The notes beneath the pieces were generated by a model that did no database searches, had not been told where the DNA came from, and saw nothing but the letters and a program-made list of their open reading frames with translations. A stretch of DNA of 63,693 bases, the filler included, from Octopus bimaculoides (lineage: Eukaryota): NCBI RefSeq assembly GCF_001194135.2. It is 9 parts of 9 records of this genome, joined end to end, with 100 filler letters (N's around TTAATTAATTAA, not from the genome) between each part and the next. Parts side by side here need not be neighbours in the genome. Positions count along the whole stretch, not along the records: positions 45,785 to 50,805 come from NC_069005.1; positions 50,906 to 53,700 come from NC_068999.1; positions 53,801 to 61,642 come from NW_026413189.1; 6 more parts are not named here. One strand, given 5' to 3'. Shown piece after piece: positions 49,439-61,742 of the stretch. The translations under genes and the position numbers were made by a program. Within the stretch, counting starts at the first letter, position 1. Every line of letters begins with the position of its first letter.

Positions 49439-49573
49439 TTCTCATTTGTATGAGATGTCTACGTTGACAGAGGCGATGGACCATAAAAAGCAGCAGAGCT
49501 AGTACGAGAAATGAGGTCACCGTGCTGGCAGCCAGTCGTAATCCTTGGTCTGCGATGTCATCATCACTACGAC
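49439..49573 (-). CDS. DGCR2: Internal exon encoding the single transmembrane segment of a DGCR2/IDD-like integral membrane protein
   Basis: Polypyrimidine-TTCAG acceptor and GTAAGT donor; 135 bp, phase 1-1. Peptide [44 protein letters not shown] versus recalled human DGCR2 [29 protein letters not shown]. Confidence 0.8.
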
Positions 49574-50747
49574 CTGAAAGAGAGAGAGAGAGAGAGAAGA
49601 CAAGTGAAAACGAGATTAAGTAAATATGTAAACACACACATACACACACACAGAAATNNNNNNNNNNNNNNNNNNNNNNNNNNNNNNNNNNNNNNNNNNN
49701 NNNNNNNNNNNNNNNNNNNNNNNNNNNNNNNNNNNNNNNNNNNNNNNNNNNNNNNNNNNNNNNNNNNNNNNNNNNNNNNNNNNNNNNNNNNNNNNNNNNN
49801 NNNNNNNNNNNNNNNNNNNNNNNNNNNNNNNNNNNNNNNNNNNNNNNNNNNNNNNNNNNNNNNNNNNNNNNNNNNNNNNNNNNNNNNNNNNNNNNNNNNN
49901 NNNNNNNNNNNNNNNNNNNNNNNNNNNNNNNNNNNNNNNNNNNNNNNNNNNNNNNNNNNNNNNNNNNNNNNNNNNNNNNNNNNNNNNNNNNNNNNNNNNN
50001 NNNNNNNNNNNNNNNNNNNNNNNNNNNNNNNNNNNNNNNNNNNNNNNNNNNNNNNNNNNNNNNNNNNNNNNNNNNNNNNNNNNNNNNNNNNNNNNNNNNN
50101 NNNNNNNNNNNNNNNNNNNNNNNNNNNNNNNNNNNNNNNNNNNNNNNNNNNNNNNNNNNNNNNNNNNNNNNNNNNNNNNNNNNNNNNNNNNNNNNNNNNN
50201 NNNNNNNNNNNNNNNNNNNNNNNNNNNNNNNNNNNNNNNNNNNNNNNNNNNNNNNNNNNNNNNNNNNNNNNNNNNNNNNNNNNNNNNNNNNNNNNNNNNN
50301 NNNNNNNNNNNNNNNNNNNNNNNNNNNNNNNNNNNNNNNNNNNNNNNNNNNNNNNNNNNNNNNNNNNNNNNNNNNNNNNNNNNNNNNNNNNNNNNNNNNN
50401 NNNNNNNNNNNNNNNNNNNNNNNNNNNNNNNNNNNNNNNNNNNNNNNNNNNNNNNNNNNNNNNNNNNNNNNNNNNNNNNNNNNNNNNNNNNNNNNNNNNN
50501 NNNNNNNNNNNNNNNNNNNNNNNNNNNNNNNNNGATTGACAAAAGTATATTGTAACTGTTCTGAATCCAAGCCAAAACAATAATGACTTTTGCTCAGTTA
50601 TTGGTAAAAGAAAACAAAAAACAAAAAAAAAATCCATAATTTTATAGGGTGGTGGAAGGTAGGGGGATAGAAGGATTGTATAATTTGAAATATACATACA
50701 TATGCATACCTACATATATATATATTATGCATATCTGTCTATCGATC

Positions 50748-50801
<54 letters not shown>

Positions 50802-51158
50802 CATANNNNNNNNNNNNNNNNNNNNNNNNNNNNNNNNNNNNNNNNNNNNTTAATTAATTAANNNNNNNNNNNNNNNNNNNNNNNNNNNNNNNNNNNNNNN
50901 NNNNNTCTCTCTTCCTCACACTGACCAGTACTCATTTACTCACTCACGCACTCTCACATCCCCTCTCTCTCTCATACACACTTATCACTCACTCACTCAC
51001 TCTCAAACATTCTGTCATACGCACACTTGCTCTCACACTCTTTCTTTCTTTCTTTCTTTTTCTCTCTCTCTCTTTTACGCACTTACTCACTCCAACACAC
51101 TTATACTCACTCTCTTTCTCTCACAAATATACACACACTACGCACACACACACACACA

Positions 51159-51196
<38 letters not shown>

Positions 51197-51435
51197 TCCA
51201 CTCACTCACATACCTCCACTCTCTCTATCACACATCCACTCACTCACACACACACACACATACACACACACACTCACTCTCTCTCTCTCTCCCTCACAAT
51301 ACCCTCATTTAGTTATTCACTCACACACACACACACTTTCTCTCTGTCTCTCTCTCTCACACATTCACTCACTCCCTCGCTCACTCGCATGTACACATAT
51401 TTTCACTCTCTCTGTCACACATCCACTCACACACA

Positions 51436-51504
<69 letters not shown>

Positions 51505-52329
51505 AAAACAAGAACAAATCAAAATAAAAACGAAGGGGAAAAAAGTAAAACCGAGGAACCTATTGTGGAATTACTTCCCTGTTAATGAGATTTCTATTTC
51601 GAGTAAGAAGTTGACACTGTCTAATTAAAACATGTCATTATCTTGATTGGCAATTCGATGCTAGCAATCTGCGTGATATTGTCACGATATATGAGCTGGT
51701 AAAGAAGCAAACTGCTTAGAGAAGGAAGAAGCCAGATATCTTCTGATATGGTTTTCTCGTGGCTGGGAAAAAATTTTTTCTTTTTCCCGATGCTAACAGC
51801 TGCTCGAATCAATGGCAACCGATCCAGTAACAACCAAATTAGCACGAAACCTTCATTAAATGTCGGCTGAATTGTTCCCAGGGAAGATAGTGCAGACCCA
51901 AAATCTTTATTCTTCTTCATCATCTTTGCTTGGCTCCCCCCCACCCCCCGATGGAATATATACGGAGCTGAATATCCACGTCTGTTGCGGGCTTGCTGAT
52001 GGCCGGAGAGTTCCTTCCATTCGAGAGACAAAAAAAGGCTGTATGAGAAGGCAAGCGGGTTCAGAGCTGGTTGTGAAGTCTTTGTTTCTTTCTCCTTTTT
52101 TCTCTCGTTTGCAAGGATGGTGCCGCGGGTGTCTTCAAAAAAGCCTATTGCCGGAGGACAGTAAGACAACCAGGCTTTACGGCCAGCGGCATAAACAGAC
52201 TCTGGTGGTTATCAATGTGGCAGGCGATCTTCTAACATAATATATATAACAAAGGACATAGCACCAAAAATGTGGCTTCAGGGGTTGGTGTTGATCCCAA
52301 AACAGTCTATAATGTCATGAAAAGCTATA

Positions 52330-53200
52330 GTGAGACAGGTTCAATCGACAGCAAGCCCATTCTTGGTCGAAAACTATCCGCAAAGAAGAAACAATCAGTG
52401 GATGTCGTCCGAAAGAGTGTTACGAAATCCACAGCGGAGTAAGAGGCAAATGGCTAAAAGTCTCGATGTCTACCAGACAACCATGCGACGGATCGTGCAT
52501 GAAAACTTAAATTGTAGGTCATTAAAACTGCAACGTCGTCACCTAATTTCGGCCGCGTCCAAGAAAATGGTGCAAGAAAATAGCGGAGGAGATTTAGAGC
52601 GCCGATGACAATGTCTTCATCTGGTCGGACGAAAAGATATTCACCGTAGAGGTTGCAGCGAACACCCAGAATGACAGGAGTTTGACCACGAAGTCGGACG
52701 CTGTTCCCAAAAGTGCCCGTGTGTATTTCGTTGAATGAAATGACGGAGTGATGTTTCGGGCGGCAGTGCCATCTGATAGTGGAAATACTTCTCAGGGGTT
52801 CATTAAAGAGGGGATGAAGGTTAATTCGGCAATTTACATGAAAATGTTGGAGGATAATGTTTTGTCATGGGTGACCAAAGCATTTGGAGATAATTACGTG
52901 TTTATGCAAAACTGCGCTCTTTCCCATATGTCCAATGTAACACAGCAGTGGTGCAGGAGCCATTTCAGACGGTTCTGGGACAAGAATGTGTGGTCCCTTC
53001 TAGCCTTAGACTATGGACTGCGCTATTTGGTCCATTCTAGAAAGCGATGATTCAAGAGCTCCCTACAAAAATATCATCAGTCTGAAGAAAGCCTTAGTCG
53101 CATCATGGGATCGTTTAAGTGAAGAAGTCGTCCGGCGTTCGTGTGACTCTGTTCTCGGCTGTCTTCGGGCGATTGTGAAGGTTAAAGCGGACGTATTGCA
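52330..53200 (+). pseudogene. maT/DD37D-type Tc1/mariner transposase, frameshifted
   Basis: Reads IWSDEKIFTVE...NTQNDR, FIKEGMKVNSAIYMKMLEDNVLSW, YVFMQNCALSH, FWDKNVW and MDCAIWSILE...SLKKALVASW. Confidence 0.8.
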
Positions 53201-53431
53201 TGAAACGTACTTTAATACGTTACATGACCATATTTAATTAAATCCTAGATAACCCGTGCGTTTTTATGCCCTTTACTAAAAATTACAACTAGAAATCAAT
53301 CGGGAATTCTTCACGGCGCACTCTGTATATAAGGTAACATCCTTTCCTACGGGCATTTAGTTGTGTATGTCCCACCGGGTATTGACAACACGCAGTCGTA
53401 GGATAAAGTACTCTTACATAAAGTCGCCGTT

Positions 53432-53472
<41 letters not shown>

Positions 53473-53644
53473 AGAGAGAGAACCGTCACTTGAATTATAT
53501 CTGATGAAGGTTGTATTTGACACGCAATTTAATCATGTAAAAGTAGTCACGTTTGTTCTCCGTAATATGATTACACATCAGAAAACACACGCACTCACAA
53601 AAAATTAACACGCCGCGCATATATATACGTATATATATATATAT

Positions 53645-53700
<56 letters not shown>

Positions 53701-54312
53701 NNNNNNNNNNNNNNNNNNNNNNNNNNNNNNNNNNNNNNNNNNNNTTAATTAATTAANNNNNNNNNNNNNNNNNNNNNNNNNNNNNNNNNNNNNNNNNNNN
53801 CGCCTCAATATGTTCTTATATCACACACACAGACATATATATATAGATATATATATATATATACATATATATACACACACACACATATGTATATATATAT
53901 ATATATATTATAATTTCCCAGAGGATGTAGCAACCGTTACCAATATAGCATAAGAACTTACCTTAGGGGATCATTAATTAGATTCCTTAAGGGTCGTTCT
54001 CACAGTTTATATTTATATTATAAGGTTTTTTAACTTTTAAATTTTCATATTCAAAAGAGACAGAGACTTCAAACTCGATATATCGATTTATTCACCACTC
54101 TACGTTAACATTTCTGTGCCAAACTTATCCAGTGACTGGTCCATTGGATTTAGACATTTGGCACTTCTTCAGGAGTGGTTACCATTCGAACAAAACACAC
54201 ATAATTAAGGGAACAGCAACAGTTGCTTCACCGAAGGGCTTGGTAAAAATTATTAATTATTAATTTATTAATAAATTAATAAAATTGATAATCCTTTACC
54301 CTTTTATTTGTA

Positions 54313-54343
<31 letters not shown>

Positions 54344-54576
54344 CACCGCATATGCATAGATATATGCATATAATTTCTTCATTTTTTAAAGTCTTTCAGC
54401 TTTAAAGCTGCGGTCATGCTGGAGCACCACCGTTGGCTGTGCGACACCTTCGTTATTGGAAACCTCCCCCTGATACGTGGCATTTGGTGAACGAGGGAGT
54501 TTGATGCTGTTGCCCTCATTTGTGTTTCCTGCCGTGGGGTCGGCTGATATGGAAACCTTTGACAGGAAGAGATTTT

Positions 54577-57013
54577 ATTTATTATCGACAGTGAAAAACA
54601 GTTATTAAAGTTGTTTATTAATTTTATAAATAATTTAATACTTCGCTCCGACTATATTTATGGCGACATGCCAGTACAGTTGTTATTCAATAAAAGACCT
54701 TAGTTGTAATGAAGACTCGTCTTAGGGTAGCTGATGTGATATCGTAGAGTTAATCTGTAACGGGTGTTTGGAAGCCTAACAATCATTGATATCGTAGAGT
54801 TAATCTGTAAAGGGTGTGATATCGTAGAGTTAATCTGTAAAGGGTGTGATATCGTAGAGTTAATCTGTAAAGGGTGTTTGGAAGCCTAACATTCATTTTA
54901 TAATCATCAATCAAAATATTATCATAATTCTTAATTTAAAAGTGATATTTAAAGATTGTTGTAATATTCAACTAAAGACATTCGTTCTCTAGATGCTTTG
55001 GGAGTTTGGATTAGGAACACGATTAATCGATTTGTTTGTATATATGGTAGAGTTAGTATAGTGTGTTTTAACAGAACATCGATGTTTAAAGTAGGGATAA
55101 ATATTATCTCATGATAGAGTTAATCTTTAAAGGGTATACAGAAGATGTCTGATATATCTACTTTATCATCAGTAATCAAAACAGATAATAAAATTGTTTG
55201 TTAATTTTTTTTTTAATAATTTAATAATTAATTTCAACGATTATTTTATGGCAACATGTCAAGACTGCTATTATTCAACTAAAATCCTTCGTTAGTAAAG
55301 AAGATTTGTGTGTTAAGATAACTGATGTTATACAGGGTGTAGATTAAGTTTTATATATCGTAGATGACTTGGGATTGATTAAAAGATTTGGTTCTACGTA
55401 TGGAAGAATTAATCTCTCTAAAGAATATTGAGACGTCTGACGTATCTTCTTTATCATCAACAATCAAACAGATAAAATTGGTTGTGAATTTTTAAAATAA
55501 TCTAATAATTGACTTCAACTATTATTTTATGGCGGTATGTCAAAACTGCTGTTATTCAACGAAAAGCCTCTGGTCTCCAGATATTTCCCCCATTAGAATA
55601 ACTACGATTGAGGATGTAAATTTAGTTTTATATATCGTGGAGTTAACCAGTGAAGGGTGTATAAAAATTTAATATATATATGTTATCATCCTCAATCAAA
55701 ACATTTTTATAATGTTTAATTTAAAAGGAACATTTAAATATTAAGTCCTACTGTAATATTCAACTAAAATCTTCGTGGTAAATTTAGTGTAGATTCAACT
55801 ATAATCTTCGGTGTAAATTTAGTTCTATAAGAGATATTTTGAAGTCAGATGTATCTAGTTTATTGTCAACAATCAAAATAGTTATTAGAATTGCTAGTTA
55901 ACTTTTTTAAATGATTAAATAATTCAATAACTAACTCCAACTATATTTTATGGTGACCTGTGAAGGCTGCTCTTATTCAACAAAAACATTCGTAACAAAG
56001 AATACCTGTGTGTTCGGATAACCGATGCGACTAACAGTGTATCGGCGTTAATATTTTAAGAACGTACAAAAACCTATAATAAATATATGTGTGTCTTATT
56101 CACAATCAAAACATTATTATAATGTTTGATTTAAAAAGGAACATTTGAAATACGAAATATTGCTATAATGGTAAACTAAAATCCTCGGTGTAAATTCAGC
56201 TCTAAATATCTGTAAATAGGATTTAGAAAATGTCTGATGTCTATTTTATTGTCGACAATAAATTTTATTATCGGCTGTCAAAACAATTATTAAATTTGTT
56301 TATTAATTTTATAAATGATTTAATACTTCAACTATTTCATGTCGAAACGTCAATACTGCTACCAGTCAACTAAATCATTCGTTATAAAGATTTGTGCGGT
56401 AGGATTACTAATGTGTTTTAGGGTGTAGATTAAGTCCTATATATTTAATCTGTAAAGGGTATATATAAACCTGATATATATATGCTATCATCTTCAGTCA
56501 AAACATTATTATAAGTTTTAGTTTAAAAGAAACAATTTAAATATTAAACGCTATTGTAATATCCCACTAAAATCCACGTTGTAAAGATGACTGGCGAGTT
56601 AGATCGACTGATACGATTCCGGTGTAGATTTAATCCTATATATATTGTAGAATTAATCAGTAAAAGGTATTAGGAAACCGAATATATTCACTTTTTTTTT
56701 ACAATCTTCAATCAAAATATTATTGTAATTATTAATTTAAGAGGAATAATTTAAATACTAAATAAAACTAATAATCAACTGAATGTTTGCTCCAAACATG
56801 ATTCGGTATGTAGAATTAGTACTATGTAGAATTAGTACTATGTAGAATTAGTACTATGTATAAGTCGTGTTAATGAGTAAAGTGTATTTGAAAACCTAAG
56901 GTATATATTTTTATCATGGTTAGTTAAAATGGTATGGTAATTATTAATTTAAAACAAAAACGTTTAAAAACTAAAGACAACTGCAATATTCAACAAAATA
57001 CGCATCGATATAT
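54577..57013. repeat. Degenerate higher-order AT-rich tandem repeat with young 30-bp and 16-bp sub-arrays
   Basis: Motif CTTCAACTAT..TTTATGG...CTGC..TTATTCAAC recurs near 54645, 55232, 55513, 55934 and 56326. GATATCGTAGAGTTAATCTGTAA.GGGTGT occurs x4 (54738-54877). TATGTAGAATTAGTAC occurs x3.4 (56807-56860). Confidence 0.7.
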
Positions 57014-57454
57014 NNNNNNNNNNNNNNNNNNNNNNNNNNNNNNNNNNNNNNNNNNNNNNNNNNNNNNNNNNNNNNNNNNNNNNNNNNNNNNNNNNNNNNN
57101 NNNNNNNNNNNNNNNNNNNNNNNNNNNNNNNNNNNNNNNNNNNNNNNNNNNNNNNNNNNNNNNNNNNNNNNNNNNNNNNNNNNNNNNNNNNNNNNNNNNN
57201 NNNNNNNNNNNNNNNNNNNNNNNNNNNNNNNNNNNNNNNNNNNNNNNNNNNNNNNNNNNNNNNNNNNNNNNNNNNNNNNNNNNNNNNNNNNNNNNNNNNN
57301 NNNNNNNNNNNNNNNNNNNNNNNNNNNNNNNNNNNNNNNNNNNNNNNNNNNNNNNNNNNNNNNNNNNNNNNNNNNNNNNNNNNNNNNNNNNNNNNNNNNN
57401 NNNNNNNNNNNNNNNNNNNNNNNNNNNNNNNNNNNNNNNNNNNNNNNNNNNNNN

Positions 57455-57742
57455 CACGGATTTCAAAGGTGATTGCAGTACGCACGTTTCATGCTACTTC
57501 AATTTATTTAAGTAATGCGAGCATTACCTTAAATGCAATATGAAGAGCAATCTTCAGCTGCACGAAAAATGCAGAAAAAAATGCAGAAAAAATTACTGTA
57601 GAAAAGACATTATAAATGTGGCAACATTTTCAAATATAAGTGGCAGAGAGAATACATAAAAAATCCAAATGTGAGGAAGAGTATATAAGTCCATCTTGAC
57701 ATAGCAGGCACGTGCGTACTGCAATCACCTTTGAAATCCGTG
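57455..57742. mobile_element. MITE with perfect 33-bp TIRs
   Basis: CACGGATTTCAAAGGTGATTGCAGTACGCACGT (57455-57487) is the exact reverse complement of 57710-57742. The left end abuts an N gap. Confidence 0.85.
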
Positions 57743-58500
57743 TTGCTTATTTTTTTATTTTAATCACCCATCCCTTTGGGATACGATATTCGGGTGCCTA
57801 CGCATAAGTACCATATTCAAGCCTTGAATCTACATCTANNNNNNNNNNNNNNNNNNNNNNNNNNNNNNNNNNNNNNNNNNNNNNNNNNNNNNNNNNNNNN
57901 NNNNNNNNNNNNNNNNNNNNNNNNNNNNNNNNNNNNNNNNNNNNNNNNNNNNNNNNNNNNNNNNNNNNNNNNNNNNNNNNNNNNNNNNNNNNNNNNNNNN
58001 NNNNNNNNNNNNNNNNNNNNNNNNNNNNNNNNNNNNNNNNNNNNNNNNNNNNNNNNNNNNNNNNNNNNNNNNNNNNNNNNNNNNNNNNNNNNNNNNNNNN
58101 NNNNNNNNNNNNNNNNNNNNNNNNNNNNNNNNNNNNNNNNNNNNNNNNNNNNNNNNNNNNNNNNNNNNNNNNNNNNNNNNNNNNNNNNNNNNNNNNNNNN
58201 NNNNNNNNNNNNNNNNNNNNNNNNNNNNNNNNNNNNNNNNNNNNNNNNNNNNNNNNNNNNNNNNNNNNNNNNNNNNNNNNNNNNNNNNNNNNNNNNNNNN
58301 NNNNNNNNNNNNNNNNNNNNNNNNNNNNNNNNNNNNNNNNNNNNNNNNNNNNNNNNNNNNNNNNNNNNNNNNNNNNNNNNNNNNNNNNNNNNNNNNNNNN
58401 NNNNNNNNNNNNNNNNNNNNNNNNNNNNNNNNNNNNNNNNNNNNNNNNNNNNNNNNNNNNNNNNNNNNNNNNNNNNNNNNNNNNNNNNNNNNNNNNNNNN

Positions 58501-59135
58501 TTCGGGTCGAGTAGCCCATCCGGCTCAAAAGGCCCTTGAAAATTCTTCGTCTTCTTATTATTCTTCTTCTTATTATTATTATTGAGTGAGTGAGAGAGCA
58601 GCGCATGCCATCAAAGGAACGCCGGTGTCCAAAAATATATACAAAGCCCATTATACCCATCATGACTACCCGTCTGATTAAGGGTACACCGGGAACACGC
58701 ATCGCAACCATATGACCGTGACATGGTGATCTCACATCAAGATAAACAGCGCATGACCTTGCAGGTGGGGCCCAATTAGAATTTTCTTCGGGTCGAGTAG
58801 CCCATCCGGCTCAAAAGGCCCTTGAAAATTCTTCGTCTTCTTATTATTCTTCTTCTTATTATTATTATTGTTGTTGTTGTTGTTGTTGCTGTTATTATTA
58901 TTATTATTAATGTTATTTTTATTATTAATTCGTCGTTTTCGACGATGACCGTGGATCCCCACCCGCAAAGTCATGCGCTGTTTATCTTGATATGAGATCA
59001 CCATCTCACGCACATATGGTTGCGATGCATGTACCTAGTATACCCTTATCAGACGGGTAGTCATGATGGGTATACTGGGCTTTGTATATTTGTAAACCCA
59101 GCGTTGCTTTGATGGCTTGTGCTACTCTCTCACTC
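58501..59135. repeat. Head-to-head pair of one retroelement 3' end embedded in (TAA)n
   Basis: Arms at 58588-58770 and 58957-59135 are inverted homologues, each ending CTCTCTCACTC + (AAT)n. 58501-58583 is identical to 58787-58869. Confidence 0.75.
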
Positions 59136-59136
59136 G

Positions 59137-59185
<49 letters not shown>

Positions 59186-60130
59186 NNNNNNNNNNNNNNN
59201 NNNNNNNNNNNNNNNNNNNNNNNNNNNNNNNNNNNNNNNNNNNNNNNNNNNNNNNNNNNNNNNNNNNNNNNNNNNNNNNNNNNNNNNNNNNNNNNNNNNN
59301 NNNNNNNNNNNNNNNNNNNNNNNNNNNNNNNNNNNNNNNNNNNNNNNNNNNNNNNNNNNNNNNNNNNNNNNNNNNNNNNNNNNNNNNNNNNNNNNNNNNN
59401 NNNNNNNNNNNNNNNNNNNNNNNNNNNNNNNNNNNNNNNNNNNNNNNNNNNNNNNNNNNNNNNNNNNNNNNNNNNNNNNNNNNNNNNNNNNNNNNNNNNN
59501 NNNNNNNNNNNNNNNNNNNNNNNNNNNNNNNNNNNNNNNNNNNNNNNNNNNNNNNNNNNNNNNNNNNNNNNNNNNNNNNNNNNNNNNNNNNNNNNNNNNN
59601 NNNNNNNNNNNNNNNNNNNNNNNNNNNNNNNNNNNNNNNNNNNNNNNNNNNNNNNNNNNNNNNNNNNNNNNNNNNNNNNNNNNNNNNNNNNNNNNNNNNN
59701 NNNNNNNNNNNNNNNNNNNNNNNNNNNNNNNNNNNNNNNNNNNNNNNNNNNNNNNNNNNNNNNNNNNNNNNNNNNNNNNNNNNNNNNNNNNNNNNNNNNN
59801 NNNNNNNNNNNNNNNNNNNNNNNNNNNNNNNNNNNNNNNNNNNNNNNNNNNNNNNNNNNNNNNNNNNNNNNNNNNNNNNNNNNNNNNNNNNNNNNNNNNN
59901 NNNNNNNNNNNNNNNNNNNNNNNNNNNNNNNNNNNNNNNNNNNNNNNNNNNNNNNNNNNNNNNNNNNNNNNNNNNNNNNNNNNNNNNNNNNNNNNNNNNN
60001 NNNNNNNNNNNNNNNNNNNNNNNNNNNNNNNNNNNNNNNNNNNNNNNNNNNNNNNNNNNNNNNNNNNNNNNNNNNNNNNNNNNNAATAATAATAATGATG
60101 ATGATGATGATAATGATGATGATGATGATG

Positions 60131-60386
60131 ATTTCTTTTATTGACCACAAGGGCCCAAAACGGAGGACACTATCAAAGGATGAGATACTACTACACACAA
60201 AAACAGGTGAGGTTTACATCGATTCCAGGGAGACACTGCAACGTTAAAGGATATGACAAGGGATACACGAATAGAAGTTAGAGAGAAATGAATAGTTAAT
60301 CAATTAATAAATAAATTAATCAATTTATAAGACACAATATCAAATGCAATAGAAATGCTCAAATAGAACAGTCCTCACGCACAACA

Positions 60387-60424
<38 letters not shown>

Positions 60425-60735
60425 ATACAACACAAGCCTCTTATGATGCAAAACAATACAGATTACACAACGTATGTTGTACATGACTGACGGCCTACAA
60501 AATAACACAACTCACATTACACACACCACACACAACAGAACAAACACTAATATAAACAGGAATGACAACCACTAAATCTCATAACGAAACAAACCGTTGC
60601 AGAACGAGAGGAGTCTGCACTCTTCTTGTCCCAACGAAAATAAAAAACGCAAAGCTGTACGCATGTCAGGTGCACGGTGGTGCATCAGGTGATGCTGTAG
60701 AAACTAAGGTGAAAATAACAAAGAAAAACTCCTTC
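60131..60735 (-). mobile_element. Element D with Tx1-type tail, adjoining (CAT)n
   Basis: 3' end GGGCCCTTGTGGTCAATAAAAGAAAT. The interior is non-coding and CA-rich, and the 5' boundary is uncertain. Confidence 0.45.
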
Positions 60736-60739
60736 ATTT

Positions 60740-60884
60740 GCACTACTGGGTACTGCACACATTCTACGCAAAACACTTTCAATACAGTAAACATAAGAGC
60801 ACCACAGCAAACCACAGCACATACCCAAGGCGCACAGAGCTGCGCTCGGTAGTGAAGTGAAAGCACGTTATAAAAATAAAACTA

Positions 60885-60888
<4 letters not shown>
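60740..60888 (+). mobile_element. 3' end of RLE-type (R4/Dong-like) LINE ending in (TAA)n
   Basis: Reads ALLGTAHILRKTLSIQ* (60740-60790), then a short 3' UTR and (AAT)n. Confidence 0.75.
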
Positions 60889-60926
<38 letters not shown>

Positions 60927-60928
<2 letters not shown>

Positions 60929-61642
60929 TAATCCTTTTTACTGGAAGGACAAGGCTTCAAATTTGGGGGGAGGGATTAAGTCGGTTACATCGACCCCAGT
61001 GTGTAACTGGTACTTATTTAATCGACCCCGAAAGGATGAAAGGTGCATCAGGTGATGGTGTAGAAAGTTGCGTGCAGCAACTGAAGAAAAGGAATGGTAA
61101 TGGTAAAAATGAAGGTTTCAAGTTTTGGGGCCCAAGGCCAGCAATTTGTGGTAGGGGAGTAAACCAGCTAGATCGGCCCAGGTGGTCGAGTGGCACTTAC
61201 TTAATTTAATTGGCCCCGAAAGGATGAAAGGTAAAGTCGACCTCGGCGGAATTTGAACTCGGAACGTGAAAAAAGGGACAAAATGCCGTTAATAACGATA
61301 ATAATAATCTTTTCTACTAAAGACACAANNNNNNNNNNNNNNNNNNNNNNNNNNNNNNNNNNNNNNNNNNNNNNNNNNNNNNNNNNNNNNNNNTACATCG
61401 AATCGACCCCAGTATGTAACGGGTACTTATTTCATCGACCCCTAAAGGATGAAAGGCAAAGCAGACGTCAGCGGGGTTTGAACTCAGAACGTGAAAAAGG
61501 ACGAAATGTCGCGAAATAATAATAATAATAATCCTTTCTACTATAGGCACAAGGCCTGAAATTTGAGAGGGGGATAATCGATTATATTGACTCCAGTGTA
61601 TCACTGGTACTTAATTTATCGACCCCGAAAGGATGAAAGGCA
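60927..61642 (-). mobile_element. Cluster of family 1 SINE fragments
   Basis: At least four reverse-strand partial copies (CGACCCC..AAGGATGAAAGG, GGAATTTGAACTC). Confidence 0.75.
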
Positions 61643-61742
61643 NNNNNNNNNNNNNNNNNNNNNNNNNNNNNNNNNNNNNNNNNNNNTTAATTAATTAANN
61701 NNNNNNNNNNNNNNNNNNNNNNNNNNNNNNNNNNNNNNNNNN

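Noticed and set aside
50642-50665. Minus-strand LPPPYK, reminiscent of DGCR2 cytoplasmic PPPY motifs
   Set aside because: It lies upstream of the TM exon in transcript order, lacks splice context, and is embedded in low-complexity sequence.
54738-54897. CRISPR-like array of 30-bp repeats
   Set aside because: The repeats are directly adjacent or separated by the same 20-mer. There are no unique spacers, no cas genes, and the context is eukaryotic.
9818-60198. Numerous ORFs of YI/CV/TH/LS repeats or spanning X runs in the supplied track
   Set aside because: These are translations of (TA)n, (TG)n, (CA)n, (GA)n, (AAT)n microsatellites or N gaps, not genes.
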